This document shows positions 10,947 through 20,593 of a stretch of DNA of 37,280 nucleotides, one piece after another; position 1 is the first letter of the stretch, and each line of letters opens with the position of its first letter. The position numbers were made by a program, and so were the translations under genes. The notes under the pieces were generated by a model that searched no databases, was not told where the DNA came from, and saw nothing but the letters and a program-made list of their open reading frames with translations. The DNA comes from Actinomycetota bacterium (GTDB lineage: Bacteria > Actinomycetota > Actinomycetes > Actinomycetales > Microbacteriaceae): NCBI GenBank assembly GCA_039795835.1, contig JBDKLA010000002.1:1-37280 (forward strand), read 5' to 3'.

Positions 10947-11021
10947 AGGTGGAGACGGGATTTGAACCCGTGGTTTTACAGCTTTGCAGGCTGCTGCTTT
11001 GGGCCGCTCAGCCACTCCACC
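10947..11021 (-). tRNA. tRNA-Cys(GCA)
   Basis: GGTGGAGTGGCTGAGCGGCCCAAAGCAGCAGCCTGCAAAGCTGT...GGTTCAAATCCCGTCTCCACCT; CCA not encoded. Confidence 0.94.
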
Positions 11022-11040
11022 GTGCTACAGCACTGCTGCG

Positions 11041-11113
11041 AGCGGATGACGAGATTCGAACTCGCGACCCCAACCTTGGCAAGGTTGTGCTCTACCAACT
11101 GAGCCACATCCGC
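11041..11113 (-). tRNA. tRNA-Gly(GCC)
   Basis: GCGGATGTGGCTCAGTTGGTAGAGCACAACCTTGCCAAGGTTGGGGTCGCGAGTTCGAATCTCGTCATCCGCT. Confidence 0.96.
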
Positions 11114-11139
11114 ATGTTGTATCGAAATACAACTTGAAA

Positions 11140-11168
11140 ATGCTAACCCATTCTCTGGGGTTTTGCAA
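11140..11168 (-). promoter_or_regulatory. Primary-sigma promoter of the tRNA Gly-Cys-Val operon
   Basis: TTGCAA-N17-TAGCAT, followed by leader hairpin GTTGTAT-TTCG-ATACAAC (11116-11133). Confidence 0.75.
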
Positions 11169-11184
11169 CCACCAGAGAGCTGGG

Positions 11185-12468
11185 TTAGCGCTTTAGATAC
11201 CAGCGAGGGTCAGACTCCGAATAGGCTGCCTCGCCGTGAACTACTAGGTCAACACCGGCGATTTCGTCGGTGCTTTTCACTCGGAAACCGATGGTTTTCT
11301 GGATGATCCAGCCGAGTGCATAGCTGATTAGGAAGGCGTAGAGGCCCACAACAACGACACCGATCGCCTGCTTTCCGAGCTGCGAGAAGTCACCGGTTTG
11401 GAAGACTCCAACGTACTTTCCGCCAACCTGGCCAACCAGGCCGATAAACAGCGTTCCGATGATTCCACCGACGAGGTGAATACCCACGACGTCAAGTGAG
11501 TCATCGTAGCCGAGAAGGAACTTCCATTCGATTGCCCAACCACAGAAAGCACCGACGATAATTCCGAGAACTAGTGCCCAGACAGGGCTTAGGAAGCCAC
11601 AGGAAGGAGTAATCGCAACCATACCGGCAACCGCTCCAGACGCAGCACCGACGGCGGTTGGCTTGCCATGAGCGAGACGCTCGTAGACCGACCAGGCGAT
11701 AAGGCCGCCAACACCGGCTGCGAGAGTGTTTACGAACGCTAGAGACGCTGTGCCATCGGCTGCCAATTCGCTACCCGCGTTGAAGCCGAACCAGCCGAAC
11801 CAGAGAATTCCAGCACCAATCAGGGTTAGCGGAACGTTGTGGGGTGCGTGCATACCCTTACGGAAACCGAAACGCTTTCCGAGAACGAGCGCGAGGGCCA
11901 ACGCTGACGCTCCCGAGGCGATCTCAACGACCGTTCCACCGGCAAAGTCGAGCAGGCCGACGTCCTTGACTAGCCAACCGCCCTCGGTAATCACGCCGTT
12001 CTGGACTTTGAAGTTGAAGACCCAGCCAGCCGCTGGGAAGTAAACGATGGTGGCCCAGAGAGCGGCGAACAGCATCCACGAACCGAACTTTGCGCGGTCG
12101 GCGATTGCTCCGGAAATGAGAGCAACAGTGATGATGGCAAAGGTTCCCTGGAAGCCTGCGAAGGCGAGGTCAACGCCGTCCGAAGTGTTGTGAACCGCGA
12201 CTAGTTGCGTGAGGCCGATTTGATCAAGACTGATGCCAATAACACCGGGGATTCCGTGGAAAGAGGCGTCATTTGGGCGAGCAAAGGAAATCGCGTAACC
12301 GTAGAGCATCCAGAGCATGCCAATGAGACCGAGAGAGCCGAAACTCATCATCATCATCGACACCACAGACGACGCGCGAACCAATCCCCCGTAGAAGAAA
12401 GCCAACCCCGGTGTCATAAAGAGCACTAGGGCGCCGCAGAAGATGAGGAACATTGTTGTGTCGCTCAT
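11185..12468 (-). CDS. amt: Ammonium transporter (Amt family), Glu-His pore variant
   Basis: MTPGLAFFYGG, FQGTFAIITVALISGAIADR, DFAGGTVVE, WFGWFGFNAGS, DDSLDVVGIH, HGEAAY. Confidence 0.96.
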   Translation of the reverse strand: MSDTTMFLIFCGALVLFMTPGLAFFYGGLVRASSVVSMMMMSFGSLGLIGMLWMLYGYAISFARPNDASFHGIPGVIGISLDQIGLTQLVAVHNTSDGVDLAFAGFQGTFAIITVALISGAIADRAKFGSWMLFAALWATIVYFPAAGWVFNFKVQNGVITEGGWLVKDVGLLDFAGGTVVEIASGASALALALVLGKRFGFRKGMHAPHNVPLTLIGAGILWFGWFGFNAGSELAADGTASLAFVNTLAAGVGGLIAWSVYERLAHGKPTAVGAASGAVAGMVAITPSCGFLSPVWALVLGIIVGAFCGWAIEWKFLLGYDDSLDVVGIHLVGGIIGTLFIGLVGQVGGKYVGVFQTGDFSQLGKQAIGVVVVGLYAFLISYALGWIIQKTIGFRVKSTDEIAGVDLVVHGEAAYSESDPRWYLKR

Positions 12469-12491
12469 TCACTTTTCCTTTCTCGCACCAA

Positions 12492-12519
12492 GCGGAGGAG
12501 CCGAAATCGACTCCTCCGC
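12492..12519 (-). other. GC-rich stem-loop between the two amt genes, no U-tract
   Basis: GCGGAGGAGTCG-ATTT-CGGCTCCTCCGC on the - strand; 12-bp stem with one G-U pair. Confidence 0.7.
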
Positions 12520-12541
12520 AAGGTGGTACTTCTATTTAGTT

Positions 12542-13810
12542 TTAGCCTCGATCAGCACCGAAAGCGTAGGCCTCTTCACCGTGAACAACGGTGTCGATAC
12601 CGGCGATTTCGTCCTCAGCCTTTACTCGGAAACCAATGGTCTTTTCGATTGCGAAGCCGATGATTAGCGAAAGAGTGAAGCTGTAGAAGAGTACCGAGAA
12701 GGCACCGATGGCCTGGGCAGCGAGCTGGTCCCACTTACCGCTGTCTAGAAGGCCAACGCCAGTTCCGAAGAAACCGATGAACAAGGTACCAACGATTCCA
12801 CCCACTAGGTGAATACCAACAACGTCTAGCGAGTCGTCGAAACCGAAGGCGAACTTGAGGTCAACTGCGAGTGCACAGAGCACACCGGCTAGAACACCTA
12901 GAACCATCGCCCATAGTGGGGTGAGTGAAGCACAGGCTGGGGTAATTGCAACCAAACCTGCAACAGCACCGGAAGCAGCACCAATCGAAGTGGCCTTACC
13001 GTGCTTAATCTTCTCGATAAGGATCCAACCGAGCATCGCGGCAGCGGGTGCTGCCATGGTGTTGATGAATGCTAGCGATGCAACGCCATCAGCGGCAACT
13101 TCCGAGCCGGCGTTGAAGCCGAACCAACCGAACCAAAGCAGTGCGGTTCCAAGAAGGGTCAGCGGCACATTGTGAGGCTGCATGATTCCCTTTGAGAATC
13201 CGAAGCGCTTGCCGAGAACGATGGCTAGAGCAAGACCTGCGGCACCGGCGTTGATGTGAACTGCAGTTCCACCGGCGAAGTCAATTGCACCCACGTTGTT
13301 TACGATCCAACCACCGTCGGTAACTTTTCCATCCTTGAGGGTGAAGTTGAATACCCAGTTGGCTACTGGGAAGTAAACCAAGGTTGCCCAGATACCGGCG
13401 AAAACCATCCACGCACCGAACTTTGCGCGGTCAGCGATAGCACCCGAAATTAGAGCAACGGTGATGATTGCAAAGGTTGCCTGGAATGCAACGAATGCAA
13501 GTGATGGGTAGGTTCCGGTTGGAGCCAAAGCATCTTGAACCTGCGCTCCAAGACCGATGAAGCTGGTGTCAATTCCGAAGACGCCGTCCCAGCCGTAGAA
13601 AGTTTTTGATCCGCCGTTTGCAAATGCGATTGCGTAGCCGTAGAGCACCCAAAGAACGCCAATCAAACCGAGCGAGCCGAAGCTGAGCATCATCATGCTC
13701 ACTACCGACTTGGCCTTCACCATACCGCCGTAGAAGAACGCTAGTCCCGGCGTCATAAGTAGCACCAAAGCGGCACTAATCAGCACGAATGCTGTGTTTC
13801 CCTGATCCAT
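12542..13810 (-). CDS. amtB: Ammonium transporter AmtB (canonical twin-His)
   Basis: MDQGNTAF, MTPGLAFFYGG, DFAGGTAVHINAG, WFGWFGFNAGS, GIHLVGG; start at ATG 13810 after AGGAGAGAGG RBS. Confidence 0.97.
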   Translation of the reverse strand: MDQGNTAFVLISAALVLLMTPGLAFFYGGMVKAKSVVSMMMLSFGSLGLIGVLWVLYGYAIAFANGGSKTFYGWDGVFGIDTSFIGLGAQVQDALAPTGTYPSLAFVAFQATFAIITVALISGAIADRAKFGAWMVFAGIWATLVYFPVANWVFNFTLKDGKVTDGGWIVNNVGAIDFAGGTAVHINAGAAGLALAIVLGKRFGFSKGIMQPHNVPLTLLGTALLWFGWFGFNAGSEVAADGVASLAFINTMAAPAAAMLGWILIEKIKHGKATSIGAASGAVAGLVAITPACASLTPLWAMVLGVLAGVLCALAVDLKFAFGFDDSLDVVGIHLVGGIVGTLFIGFFGTGVGLLDSGKWDQLAAQAIGAFSVLFYSFTLSLIIGFAIEKTIGFRVKAEDEIAGIDTVVHGEEAYAFGADRG

Positions 13811-13863
13811 TTGTTTACCTCTCTCCTTGAAAACAAATGCACACAGCGTTGGGTGCATGGGTC

Positions 13864-13919
13864 AAGTTAATCGAAGAAAGATTTCGAAATATGGTTCAAA
13901 AATGTTTCGTGTTTGTAAA
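13864..13919 (-). promoter_or_regulatory. amtB promoter with GlnR-box-like site
   Basis: TTTAC-aaacac-GAAAC (13919-13904) fits the actinobacterial GlnR a-site/N6/b-site pattern; -10 TAACTT at 13869-13864. Confidence 0.65.
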
Positions 13920-13924
13920 CACTT

Positions 13925-14914
13925 TTAGGAACTGAGTGCGCCGAGGCGTGAGATGGCACGTAGATATTTCTTGCGGTAGCCACCCTCTAGGAAGTTGGCT
14001 GGGAAGATATCGGTCAACGGAATGCCTGTTCCACGAATCTTGATCTGAAGTTCGTAAGCGCGGTCGACCAGGCTCACAAACCGAAGTGCATCGTTTTGGT
14101 CGGTTAGTGCGTTAACCCCAATCAGAGCAAGTTGTTCGTCTTCCCCGAGAAGCTTGCCGTAGAGCGCCGGGTGAACGGTTCCGAGCTTCTTGAGAAGTTT
14201 GCCGAAATCCGCAACCGCAGTTTTCTTGGTTACCCAAGTCTTTAGTTCATCCAACGAGTAAGAGACTCCAACCGAATTGACTGGGCGGTGACGGTAGTCT
14301 TCACCATCCACCCTGAGCATCAGGAATTTCTTACCGATACCTAAGATTTCACGTTGGAAGTCGGCCGCTGCGAATCTTCCCTCCCCCAGCGCATTAGGTG
14401 GGGTATTGGAGGTTGCTGTGAATCGCGTTCCACCCTCCGAGAGCTCATTCAACAGGCGGGACATGATCATCGTGTTACCTGGATCATCGAGTTCAAATTC
14501 GTCGATGGCGATGAAATCAAACTTACTGAGAGTTTCCAGGGCAGTAGCGAAGCCGAGAGCTCCAACGAGACTGGTGTAAGCCATGAAACTGCCGAAGAGT
14601 TTTGATCCTTGGAAGGAGTGATACATGGCCGCGAGTAGGTGCGTTTTCCCGACACCAAAGCCGCCGTCTAGGTATAGACCAGGTGCTGTGATCGTTGATT
14701 TCTTGGCGAAAAGTCCACGCTTCGTTGCACCAACGAATTCGGCCGCTTTGTCGCGTGCTTCGGTCTGTGATTGGAAGTTTGGGTCCGGTCGGTAGTTTTC
14801 GAAACTCGAGTGTTCAAACTCTCTCGGAGGAAAAAGTTCGCTGATTAGTTCACTCGGCACAATTTCCGGTGTGCGGGCACAAATATCGTCACCGTTTAGT
14901 AGTTCTGTGACCAA
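13925..14914 (-). CDS. zapE: AFG1/ZapE family ATPase
   Basis: GLYLDGGFGVGKTHLL, IDEFELDDPG, ATSNT, GEGRFAAADF, GEDYRHR. Confidence 0.93.
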   Translation of the reverse strand: MVTELLNGDDICARTPEIVPSELISELFPPREFEHSSFENYRPDPNFQSQTEARDKAAEFVGATKRGLFAKKSTITAPGLYLDGGFGVGKTHLLAAMYHSFQGSKLFGSFMAYTSLVGALGFATALETLSKFDFIAIDEFELDDPGNTMIMSRLLNELSEGGTRFTATSNTPPNALGEGRFAAADFQREILGIGKKFLMLRVDGEDYRHRPVNSVGVSYSLDELKTWVTKKTAVADFGKLLKKLGTVHPALYGKLLGEDEQLALIGVNALTDQNDALRFVSLVDRAYELQIKIRGTGIPLTDIFPANFLEGGYRKKYLRAISRLGALSS

Positions 14915-14998
14915 TTATGACCATGCCATTTCGAATAAATCGGGAATCAATTAACCTTGTATCAGGACTCAATCAGCCTAACGAACAGAAAGCAACAA

Positions 14999-15895
14999 AT
15001 GACTCTTCCGCTAGATTCGAACGAAAAGTTTTCCTCCTACGCGCACCCAGAGGTTTTGGTTTCTACCGAGTGGCTGGAAGCCAATCTGGGCACTCCTGGT
15101 TTGGTAATCGTTGAGTCAGATGAAGACGTATTGCTCTATGACGTTTCGCACATCCCAGGCGCTGTAAGAATCGACTGGCACACCGACCTAAACCAGCCAG
15201 TCGTTCGCGACTACCTGCAGGGTCCAGAATTTGCAGAGCTCGCTAAGCGTTCCGGAATCAAGCGTGACAGCACGGTTGTAATCTACGGAGACGCCAGCAA
15301 CTGGTGGGCTTCATACGCACTCTGGGTATTCAAGCTTTTCGGTCACGAGGATGTTCGTCTACTCGATGGCGGTCGTGAAAAGTGGATCGCCGAAGGTCGC
15401 CCGGTAACCAAGGAAGCTAATGAAGTAACTCCTAGCGACTACCCAGTGATTGACCGCGATGATGTTACCGATCGCGCATTCCGCGACCAGGTTCTAGCGC
15501 ACATTGGAAACCCAATGGTGGACGTTCGCTCCCCTCAGGAATACAACGGTGAGCGCACTCACATGCCTAACTACCCGCAGGAAGGCGCACTTCGTGCTGG
15601 ACACATTCCAGGAGCTCAATCGGTTCCGTGGGCTCGAGCAGCCAACGAAGACAAGACTTTCAAAACCCGTGCCGAGCTTGAAGCGATTTACCTTGGCGAG
15701 AAGGGTCTAGATCCAAACGACGATGTAATCGCATACTGCCGAATCGGTGAGCGCTCAAGCCACACCTGGTTCGTCCTCAAGTACTTGCTCGGTTTCAGCA
15801 AGGTTAGAAACTACGACGGCTCCTGGACGGAGTGGGGCAGCCTCGTTGGCGCTCCAATCGTCCTCGGAGATGAACCAGGCGTATTCTCTAAGTAA
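14999..15895 (+). CDS. sseA: Thiosulfate sulfurtransferase (double rhodanese, SseA-like)
   Basis: [27 protein letters not shown] twice, [22 protein letters not shown]; start moved to ATG 14999. Confidence 0.93.
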   Translation: MTLPLDSNEKFSSYAHPEVLVSTEWLEANLGTPGLVIVESDEDVLLYDVSHIPGAVRIDWHTDLNQPVVRDYLQGPEFAELAKRSGIKRDSTVVIYGDASNWWASYALWVFKLFGHEDVRLLDGGREKWIAEGRPVTKEANEVTPSDYPVIDRDDVTDRAFRDQVLAHIGNPMVDVRSPQEYNGERTHMPNYPQEGALRAGHIPGAQSVPWARAANEDKTFKTRAELEAIYLGEKGLDPNDDVIAYCRIGERSSHTWFVLKYLLGFSKVRNYDGSWTEWGSLVGAPIVLGDEPGVFSK

Positions 15896-16320
15896 TGACC
15901 TCAATCGAACAAGCTCTGACCGATCTCGGTTCGGAGTTTGGCGAACTCGGCGTAAAAGACCGTTTGACGCTTCTACTTGAAATCGCTGGCGAGTTACCGC
16001 CACTACCTTCAAGGTATACGGATCACCCGGATCTTCTAGAACGCGTTGAGGAGTGCCAGTCGCCGGTGTTCCTTTTCGTAGAGGTGAACCAAGGAGTCGT
16101 TGAAATCTTCCTTACCGCACCGGAGGAAGCGCCTACCACTCGTGGTTTCGCTAGCATCCTTCACCAACTTCTAAACGGCCACACCGTGGACGAAGTGTTG
16201 AATGCGCCAGAAGACATTCCAGATCGGCTTCACCTTCAAGAGGCGGTTTCACTCCTACGCATAAATGGCCTTCGAGGCATGTTGAACCGAATCAAACGTC
16301 AGGTTCGCGAAAAGTCGTAA
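15895..16320 (+). CDS. sufE: SufE family sulfur-acceptor protein
   Basis: VEECQSPVFL, EAPTTRGFASIL, VSLLRINGL. Confidence 0.9.
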   Translation: MTSIEQALTDLGSEFGELGVKDRLTLLLEIAGELPPLPSRYTDHPDLLERVEECQSPVFLFVEVNQGVVEIFLTAPEEAPTTRGFASILHQLLNGHTVDEVLNAPEDIPDRLHLQEAVSLLRINGLRGMLNRIKRQVREKS

Positions 16321-16847
16321 TGGAAAGTTGGCTGGATTCCTACACCGACTTAGACGGCGTGCGTCTGAACATGGTGGTTAGTGGTACTGGCGGATTCGTG
16401 GATGAAACAGGATCCAGCCGCGGAATCTCTAATGAACTCGATCGAAAACTTATCGGTCATTTGCGCAGGCGTTCGGATGTTGTTGTCACCGGTGGAAATA
16501 CCGCCAGGGTTGAGCAATATCGAGTTCCCTCGCACTGCGCTCTTGCCGTAATTTCAAACAGTTTCACCATAGATGACGATAATTTCATCTCTCTGGACTC
16601 CCCCGAGACCGCAATAGCTAAGCTTCGAGAGCTGGGATTTTCTCGCATTCTTCTCGAGACTGGTCCGTCACTCTCCAAATTCTTCTTGGAGCGAGGGGAT
16701 GTTGACGAATTTTGTCTCACGGTTACCAGCGGAGACCGAGCTCTCGCAGCAAAAACCGTGGCAGCTCTGAATTCCAACTTCCATCTCTTTGACGCGACCG
16801 AAATCGAATCGACGCTGTTCACGAGATGGCGGCGTGGCAACGAATAG
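16320..16847 (+). CDS. RibD C-terminal / dihydrofolate reductase-fold protein (short)
   Basis: VRLNMVVS, SRGISNELDR, LRRRSDVVVTGGNTARVEQY, ILLETGPSL, VDEFCLT. Confidence 0.8.
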   Translation: MESWLDSYTDLDGVRLNMVVSGTGGFVDETGSSRGISNELDRKLIGHLRRRSDVVVTGGNTARVEQYRVPSHCALAVISNSFTIDDDNFISLDSPETAIAKLRELGFSRILLETGPSLSKFFLERGDVDEFCLTVTSGDRALAAKTVAALNSNFHLFDATEIESTLFTRWRRGNE

Positions 16848-16876
16848 CAGCGACTAATAACCAATATTCTTGATTA

Positions 16877-17461
16877 GTGCTTGACCTAGAGATCGATGAC
16901 AAAGCGAACGCGGAATTTCGCTTAGCTGCCAACTCGCTGGCTTCGGCCAACATCCGCAGCGAAGTGATCATCGACCAAATCGATGCACCTTCAAACCTTT
17001 CGCGCCATGCCATCGCTTTTGCCTGCGATGTTAAGGCTGTTGAGGGTGACTCATCAATTTTCCGCGGAACCGGTCGATTCATCTTGCTCTGGGACGACGC
17101 CCCGCAAGAATCCTGGACGAATAATTACCGCGTAATTCTTTACGCAAAGTCACCCCTGGAAACAGACATCGGATTCGACGACGACTCAGCCGAGATCGCC
17201 TGGGCATGGCTAATGACTTCCCTTGAACAGCACGGAGCAACCGTTGAGGTAGCCGGTGGTACCACCACTCGCGTGCTCTCGGTAGGTCACGGTACTCTCG
17301 CAGCACAGTCTCACCATGCAGAACTCGAACTTCGCGCCAGCTGGTGTCCTTCGAACGACAACCTGGCTGGCCATTTGGAAGCTTGGATTGACCTAATTTG
17401 CATGATGAGTGGTCTTTCACTTCATGGCGAAGGGGTTTCTTCTATTGACCGAAGAAACTAA
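16877..17461 (+). CDS. DUF3000 family protein
   Basis: IDAPSNL, GTGRFILL, LETDIG, GGTTTRVLS, ELELRASW; usual position upstream of rnd. Confidence 0.85.
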   Translation: MLDLEIDDKANAEFRLAANSLASANIRSEVIIDQIDAPSNLSRHAIAFACDVKAVEGDSSIFRGTGRFILLWDDAPQESWTNNYRVILYAKSPLETDIGFDDDSAEIAWAWLMTSLEQHGATVEVAGGTTTRVLSVGHGTLAAQSHHAELELRASWCPSNDNLAGHLEAWIDLICMMSGLSLHGEGVSSIDRRN

Positions 17462-18680
17462 CGAGCAAGAACCAGTCGAACTGCCGCTTCGCAGTGAATC
17501 AGTTGCGCCGGTCTATTACCTAGATACCGAAGATGAATTGGCTGGCGCGATCGCTAGCCTGAAACTTGGTTCCGGCCATTTGGCAATTGACGCTGAACGA
17601 GCCAGCGGTTTCAAGTACTCCTCTCGCGCCTATCTAATTCAGGTTCACCGCGCGGGAACCGATGTTTTCCTTATTGATCCGATTCCGTTGAGCGACTCGG
17701 AATCTTGGAGGGAGTTTGCCGAACTGTGCAACTCGTTACCTTGGATTCTGCATGCCGCAACGCAGGACCTAACCTGCCTTCGGGAAGTTGGGCTAAACCC
17801 GATCGAATTGATCGACACCGAACTAGGCTCAAGAATCCTGGGCCTACCCCGTGTTGGCCTCGGGGCCGCCTGCGAGCAACTCTTGGGCTTCCGACTGGCC
17901 AAAGAGCACTCTGCCGCCGACTGGTCGATTAGACCACTTCAAAACTCTTGGCTTAATTACGCGGCTTTGGATGTAGACGTTCTTCCCGAGTTGGCGCGGG
18001 TTCTTCTCGAGCAGTTAGAGATCGCCGGAAAACTCGAATGGGCGAAGCAGGAATTCCAATCACTCCTGTCGTTTCAGCCAAAGCCACATAACCCCGATCG
18101 CTGGCGGAGCATGACCGGTCTCCATGAAGTGAAAGACCAGCAGAAACTTGCAATCGCCAGGGAATTGTGGATTGCTCGAGATGAGCTGGCCGTGAAGTTG
18201 GATGTTTCACCCGGACGCTTGGTTCCAGACGCTTCGATTGTTTCTCTGGTCAAGTCGAACGTCTCAACCAGGTCGGAATTGGCTTCGCTATCAAGTTTCA
18301 ACGGTAGAGCTTCGAGAACCTACCTCGACACCTGGTGGGCTGCATTCAGCAAGGGAGCGTCAACCAAAGACCTTCCGCCGCTGAAACTGCCTCAAACCGG
18401 CATCCCAAACCACCGAAACTGGCCAAATCGCTTCCCAGAGGCCGACGACCGATTACAGGCACTTAAGCCGGTTATGGCAGAACTTGCACTCGAACTTGAG
18501 GTACCAGCCGAGAATCTCCTTCAGCCGGATTTGATGCGTCGAGTGGCGTGGGAGCCTGAGGAAGACATCGCTATGCAGCTTGAAAATCTAGGTGCCAGAA
18601 AATGGCAAATCGAAGCGGTGGCAGAACCGTTTAGCGCTGCTCTTTCAGCTCTGAATCAGGCGAACCAGTCAGCTTCCTAG
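17445..18680 (+). CDS. rnd: Ribonuclease D (3'-5' exonuclease with HRDC domain)
   Basis: AIDAERASGFKY, WILHAATQDL, DTELGSR, KEHSAADWSIRPL, YAALDV; probable TTG start at 17445. Confidence 0.92.
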   Translation: MTEETNEQEPVELPLRSESVAPVYYLDTEDELAGAIASLKLGSGHLAIDAERASGFKYSSRAYLIQVHRAGTDVFLIDPIPLSDSESWREFAELCNSLPWILHAATQDLTCLREVGLNPIELIDTELGSRILGLPRVGLGAACEQLLGFRLAKEHSAADWSIRPLQNSWLNYAALDVDVLPELARVLLEQLEIAGKLEWAKQEFQSLLSFQPKPHNPDRWRSMTGLHEVKDQQKLAIARELWIARDELAVKLDVSPGRLVPDASIVSLVKSNVSTRSELASLSSFNGRASRTYLDTWWAAFSKGASTKDLPPLKLPQTGIPNHRNWPNRFPEADDRLQALKPVMAELALELEVPAENLLQPDLMRRVAWEPEEDIAMQLENLGARKWQIEAVAEPFSAALSALNQANQSAS

Positions 18681-20565
18681 CGTGCGGAACCTTCGCACCT
18701 AGAACCTGAGCGACGATGTCGTGAGTGATCTGCTTGGCGGTGAGGCCTACGCGTTCCAGAATTTCATCTCTAGAAGCGTGCTCTAGGAATTCGTCTGGGA
18801 GGCCAATTTCATTTAGAGCAGTATCAATCTGGGCAGCGCGCATGTCCTGGCGAATTCGGGTACCGATGCCCCCGACCTTCACGCCGTCCTCGATGGTTAC
18901 CACTAGGCGATGCTCTGAAGCCTCCTTGAGAACCGACTTTGGTACGGGAACAACCCAGCGTGGGTCGATGACCGTAGATCCGATTCCCTGAGCCTTAAGT
19001 AGCTCTGCAACCTGAAGAGCAGTGTTTGCCATTGAACCAATTGCCACGATCAAAACATCTTTTGAAGGTGAGCGATACAGGTAGTCAACACCATCTGCGG
19101 AGCGTTTTAGCGCGTTAATGCTTTCGGCTGCAACACCCTTAGGGAATCGAATAACCGTAGGTGCATCGGTTACGTCGATAGCCTCATGGAGTTCTTCTCT
19201 GAGGCGCTCAGCGTCTCGTGGAGCGGCAATTCTGATGTTTGGAACAACCTGAAGCACCGAGAGATCCCACATGCCGTGGTGGCTTGCTCCATCCGGTCCG
19301 GTTACTCCCGCACGGTCGAGCACGAAGGTGACTCCAGCTTTGTGAAGTGCAACATCCATCAGAACCTGGTCAAAGGCTCGGTTGATGAAGGTGGCATAGA
19401 CTGCAACGACCGGGTGCAGACCACCAAAAGCCATACCGGCCGCCGAGGCTACCGCATGCTGCTCGGCGATTCCAACATCGAAAACACGGTCAGGGAACTT
19501 CGCCGCCATGCCGTCAAGACCAACTGGAATCGTCATCGCTCCGGAGATACCAACTACGTCTTTTCTCTCAGACGCAATCGTGACCATTTCGTCGCGGAAA
19601 ATGTTGGTCCAGGATTCGCCGCCGGAAACCTCAAGTGACTCGCCGGTAGTTGGGTCAATCTTCCCAACCGCGTGGAACTGGTCGTCTTCGTTCAGCATGG
19701 CTGGGTCAAAACCCTTACCCTTCTGGGTGATCACGTGAACGATAACGGGAGAGGCATAGTTTTTCGCCTGCTTGAGAGCGTGCTCAAGTGCCTCAATGTT
19801 GTGACCATCGACTGGGCCGATGTACTTGATGTCGAGGTTTGGGAACATCGACTGCGGTGCCATGGTCTCAAGCGCACTTCGCCCTGCTCCCCTAGCTGCG
19901 TTGAAGACCAAACGTCCAAGCGTGCCGAAGGCATAGAAGAACTTCTTGCTGAACCGATACATGCGCTTGTACATCTTGTCGGTTCGAATGTTGGTGAGGT
20001 GCTTGGCTAGACCACCGATGGTTGGTGCGTAGGAACGACCGTTATCGTTCACAACAATCACCAGTTTGCGATCGTTTTCGTGAGTGATGTTGTTGAGAGC
20101 TTCCCAGGTCATACCGCCGGTGAGCGCACCATCACCAATCAGTGCGACCACATATCGGTCGTCCTGGCCACTGATTTTGAAAGCCTTTGCGATTCCATCG
20201 GCCCAAGAGAGCGAACTAGAAGCGTGCGAACTCTCCACGACGTCGTGCTCCGATTCGGAACGTTGCGGATAACCGGCGATGCCGTCCTTCTTACGAAGCG
20301 AACTGAAGTCTTTTCGACCGGTTAGAAGTTTGTGCACATAGGACTGGTGACCAGTGTCGAAAACAATCGGATCCCGAGGCGAGTTGAAGACACGATGTAT
20401 AGCAACCGTAGTTTCGACCACTCCGAGGTTTGGACCAAGGTGTCCACCGGTTTTGGCAACCGATTGCACGAGGTATTCACGAAGTTCCGCGCACAGGGTC
20501 TCCAGCTCGGCAGTGCTCAGCGCATCAAGGTCTCGGGGACCCGAAATTCGCTCGAACACTGTCAT
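18631..20565 (-). CDS. dxs: 1-deoxy-D-xylulose-5-phosphate synthase
   Basis: GGHLGPNLGVVE, DTGHQSYVHK, GDGALTGGM, DVGIAEQHA, DRAGVTGPDGASHHG. Confidence 0.98.
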   Translation of the reverse strand: MTVFERISGPRDLDALSTAELETLCAELREYLVQSVAKTGGHLGPNLGVVETTVAIHRVFNSPRDPIVFDTGHQSYVHKLLTGRKDFSSLRKKDGIAGYPQRSESEHDVVESSHASSSLSWADGIAKAFKISGQDDRYVVALIGDGALTGGMTWEALNNITHENDRKLVIVVNDNGRSYAPTIGGLAKHLTNIRTDKMYKRMYRFSKKFFYAFGTLGRLVFNAARGAGRSALETMAPQSMFPNLDIKYIGPVDGHNIEALEHALKQAKNYASPVIVHVITQKGKGFDPAMLNEDDQFHAVGKIDPTTGESLEVSGGESWTNIFRDEMVTIASERKDVVGISGAMTIPVGLDGMAAKFPDRVFDVGIAEQHAVASAAGMAFGGLHPVVAVYATFINRAFDQVLMDVALHKAGVTFVLDRAGVTGPDGASHHGMWDLSVLQVVPNIRIAAPRDAERLREELHEAIDVTDAPTVIRFPKGVAAESINALKRSADGVDYLYRSPSKDVLIVAIGSMANTALQVAELLKAQGIGSTVIDPRWVVPVPKSVLKEASEHRLVVTIEDGVKVGGIGTRIRQDMRAAQIDTALNEIGLPDEFLEHASRDEILERVGLTAKQITHDIVAQVLGAKVPHARKLTGSPDSELKEQR

Positions 20566-20593
20566 GCTGAACTAAACCCTCTTCGACGAGGTT

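Noticed and set aside
10752-11137. Short ORFs of 62-87 aa over this interval
   Set aside because: They overlap the three tRNA genes and are incidental translations.
14943-14970. SigR/SigH-type promoter upstream of sseA (GGAAT present)
   Set aside because: The position 18 nt downstream reads GAC rather than GTT, so the match is too weak.
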